A stretch of 64,000 nt of DNA from Octopus vulgaris (taxonomy: Eukaryota), in the NCBI GenBank assembly GCA_951406725.2, contig OX597825.1:25234001-25298000 (forward strand), written 5' to 3'. The position numbers and the translations under genes were made by a program. Position 1 is the stretch's first letter. The number at the start of each line of letters is the position of its first letter. The notes beneath the pieces were generated by a model. That model saw only the letters and a list, made by a program, of their open reading frames with translations, was not told where the DNA came from and did no database searches. Shown here piece by piece: positions 62,518-64,000 of this stretch.

Positions 62518-62749
62518 GAAGGCGGCGAGCTGGCAGAAACGTTAGCACGCCGGGCGAAATGCGTAGCCGTATTTCGTCTGTCGTTAGGTTCTGAGTTCAA
62601 ATTCCACCGAGGTCGACTTTGCCTTTCATCCTTTCGGGGTCGATTAAATAATTACCAGTTACGCACTGGGGTCGGTATAATCGACCTAATCCGTTTGTCT
62701 GTCCTTGTTTTTCCTCTCTGTGTTTAGCTCCTTGTGGGTAGTAAAGAAA
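62518..62749 (+). mobile_element. SINE family B with 17-bp target-site duplication
   Basis: TAGGTATATGCTAGGTG at 62501-62517 and 62750-62766. Confidence 0.88.
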
Positions 62750-62830
62750 TAGGTATATGCTAGGTGTGTATAAGAAAGGCAACCTTGGAGTGGCTAGCAG
62801 AATATTTATTTTACTATATAATAGTTCTGT

Positions 62831-63115
62831 GGAGGCACATGGCCTAGTGGTTAGAGCGGGGGATCGCGGGTTCGAATCTCAGACCAGGCGATGTGTGTGT
62901 TTATGAGCGAAACACCTAAGCTCCACGCGGCTCCGGCAGAAGGCAATGGCAAGCTTCTGCTGACTCTTTCGCCACAACTTTCTCTCACTCTTTCATCCTG
63001 CATCCTGCAGCTCACCTCCGACGGACCAGGTGTCCCGTCCAGGTGGGAAACCTATACGCCAAGGAAACCGGGAAACCGGCCCTTATGAGCCAGGCATGGC
63101 TTGAGAAGGAACAAA
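62831..63115 (+). mobile_element. SINE family C variant
   Basis: Matches the 6508 copy; ATATAATAGTTCTG flanks both ends (TSD-like). Confidence 0.8.
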
Positions 63116-64000
63116 CATATAATAGTTCTGGATATGCAAACGTTAATTGATGTCAAAGAGTAAATGTAAGAAAACGAATATATATGAATGAAAATGAGTT
63201 GGGAGAAATAACTCAGAATGGCCAGCAGCATGTACTCCGTCGGTTACGACGATGAGGGTTCCAGTTGATCCGACCAACAGAACAGCTTGCTCGTGAAATT
63301 AACGTGTAAGTGGCTGAGCACTCCACAGACACGTGTACCCTTAACATATTTCTCAGGGAGGTTCAACGTGACACAGAATATGACAAAGCTGGCCCCTTTT
63401 GAAATATTGGTACAGCTCATTTTTGCAAGCTGAGTAGACAGGCGCCATATGAAATAAAGGATCTTGCGCAAAGACACGGCACCCCGCTGCGAATCGAATT
63501 CACGATCGTGAGCCGAACCCTCACTTTTTAATTGCCCCCACGAGGACGGGCTTCACAAGGTACCATGCAGGGGGACCGAACTCGAAAACATATGACTGCA
63601 AAACGATCGTCTTAACCATAAATTCACTGTTACATCTGAACCGTACTAATTCTGATGAGTTATCTTTCTTCTCCTTTATCTTTTACTTGTTTCAGTTATT
63701 AGACTGCGGCCATGCTGGGGCACTACTTTGAAGGTAGTCGAATGAATTGACCCTAGTAAGCTATGGGAACGTAAACATACCCACACGGTGGTGGGGGACA
63801 AACACACACACACACACATTGTATATATATATACATACATACAAACATACATAAATATATATCACTCATAAAAATCTACAGATGGAGAAGGGCATACAAC
63901 TACCATGTTCTTAATGATGAAATTAATCTCTCTGTCTATATATCTATCCTCTTTGTAATGTTGGCAAATGAAATAAGTATAAAAATGTACACTGTCCATT

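Overview
AT-rich, repeat-dense animal genomic DNA. The SINE, LINE and microsatellite families look cephalopod (Octopus-like), which is an inference and not a database match. No host protein-coding gene is supported: the ORF track is mostly microsatellite or SINE translation, and the real protein remnants are decayed transposons (RTE, Tx1/L1, Penelope, Merlin, mariner). The dominant feature is a single-isotype tRNA-Cys(GCA) super-locus at about 25.2-59.3 kb, with roughly 50 tRNA-Cys-related units of which about 22 look intact. It includes (A) a homogeneous tandem array of 13 genes, (B) a ~4.2 kb, ~178-bp-period array of mostly decayed tRNA-Cys units with higher-order structure, genome-encoded CCA and an ACA-anticodon variant, (C) a 3-gene offshoot of array A, and two convergent inverted tRNA modules sharing a motif near -90. 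Within this locus lies a ~7.6 kb 32-bp AT-rich satellite with an internal 2.7 kb inversion. Several fold-back hairpins and hammerhead-like motifs of probable Penelope origin are also present. Coordinates were counted by eye; TE boundaries are approximate.
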